Assembly (NCBI GenBank): GCA_010015805.1
Contig: ML978139.1
Coordinates: 1-64,000, forward strand
DNA length: 64,000 bases
Direction: 5' to 3'
Origin: Rhizodiscina lignyota
Taxonomy: Eukaryota
The notes beneath the pieces are model-generated. The model made no database searches. It had not been told where the DNA came from and saw only the letters and a list, made by a program, of their open reading frames with translations. Position numbers and translations under genes: made by a program. This document shows positions 62,789-64,000 of this stretch, piece after piece (positions within the stretch are counted from its first letter, which is position 1; each line of letters begins with the position of its first letter).

Positions 62789-64000
62789 GGCTTGTGGCTT
62801 ATTCCCGAAAGATTGTTTGCTTGGGACGGAGCATATGTGGCTGGCACGGCTTTGACCTCACATAATGGGATTGCTGTCTTTGTGGCACTCTTTGCATCTT
62901 TCCGAAGTTGATGTACATTATTTAGGAAGTATATTTGGAGCTAGGGTACCGCCATAGCGTGGTCGAGATCTGCCGCCGAGCGATAAGAGCTTGGGCTGAG
63001 GCAATAGAATTGTTCAGACGAGGTCGCACAAAGAAATCCTTTGATGTAGAAGTCGATGAAGTGTCAACTCCAGGTCGATAAAACAGGGGTTTGGTGTGTA
63101 ATCGTCACCGCTCGCTTAACGAATAGAATATCTGAAATTGGACAAGAGCCACTCTGTATGGCCCTCGTCCTTATCGGCCACACAGAGCGAGTGGCGACAT
63201 CCTTAGCGAGGAGGATTTGTGGAGGATTACGAGGCTCTGCTGTGTAACATACCCGCATTGAAGATCGCGGAGAAGCACGGATTATTCCGCAGCTTCCAAG
63301 AACCGACTATCTGAAAACGAAATCATCCACAGATACGAGAGTTATGAAGGATGAGGGGGCGGGCCGTTCCTTCAGCAACAAAGGAGAAGTTGGCAGGGAC
63401 GAGGGGTAGTGCGCGCTCGAGCTCGTGCTCGAGTAGAGGGCTTTCATGTGAAAGTCTTAGGGAAGAGCTAGTTGAGCTGGATGTGGAGAAGGCGGGCTGA
63501 TGCCGAGAGCGGCGGCTTGAATCGCCTGAATAATGAAATTGATGATGAAGAAATCGAAGGATGAGAGGAGTGAAGCTAGAAGTACAGCTGTAGCTGAGAC
63601 AACAGCTTGGCTGATGCGTTCTCTGCTGAGGCAATTCCTGCTTTTCGACCTTTCGTTGACATCATCTACTGATATAAGCATCCAATGGTTCACAGTAGTG
63701 TACCGAAGGCAGTAACAAAGCTCGTGCCTTGCTGTAGCGCGGGGTATACGCCATTACGCAAAACGGCATTATCGATCCAGATCGTCAGCATCTCCACGCT
63801 CCCCATCGTAGGGCAAATATTGGCCTAAAACCCGACGATCCTGGCACTCAACCTGATGAGGGCAAGCGGAGAAGGATGGAGTTGAGGAGGAACGGGGGCG
63901 ATATCCTTAGTACCCGCAGGACGGTGGGATCGGCTCAAAGGTTGTTGATCTTCAGGTACAGTGGTACAAACATGTGGAAGTCGGTTTGCACATCTCATTA

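Noticed and set aside
63323..64000. Short ORFs at the window end
   Set aside because: They are interrupted in all frames, with no recognisable family and no convincing splice model.
1..64000. CRISPR arrays, rRNA, LTR/TIR transposons, secondary-metabolite cluster
   Set aside because: No spaced direct repeats, terminal repeats, transposase/RT, or PKS/NRPS/terpene backbone gene was seen. Small ncRNAs such as snoRNAs cannot be excluded by eye.

Overview
Gene-dense, intron-containing eukaryotic DNA from a filamentous ascomycete (Pezizomycotina). The evidence is ~50-60 nt GT-AG introns with CTRAC branch points and fungal-specific gene families. About 26 protein-coding genes are supported. In order: RRN3, a GH79 glycosidase, a PTH11-like rhodopsin-domain membrane protein, a histidine phosphatase/PGM-family protein, an SDR, a GDS...DxxH SGNH-like protein, a large J-domain protein, an orphan membrane protein, a GNAT, a conserved hypothetical, ALA1, TRM82, TRR1, a coiled-coil hypothetical, an Atg14/Vps38-family protein, a GH17 cell-wall glucanase, an F-box-like orphan, a stand-alone RNase H, an RCR-family PY adaptor, SNT2, an IQ-motif protein, a DUF1295 protein, a secreted repeat protein, RCL1 and an RTC4-domain protein. 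No rRNA, tRNA, CRISPR or intact transposon was recognised. The most interesting signals are: (1) an AUG-free 54-codon mitochondrial-presequence-like extension of thioredoxin reductase that starts at a CUG in strong Kozak context; (2) a 375-nt stop-free, in-frame intron-like segment (exitron) in the J-domain gene; (3) a stand-alone retroelement-type RNase H with an NLS and an intact-looking catalytic set; (4) a secreted protein built from an unfamiliar GIVA..STITIS repeat with introns at identical repeat positions; (5) a GC-AG intron in TRM82. All gene models were spliced by eye and family calls come from motif recognition, not database searches.
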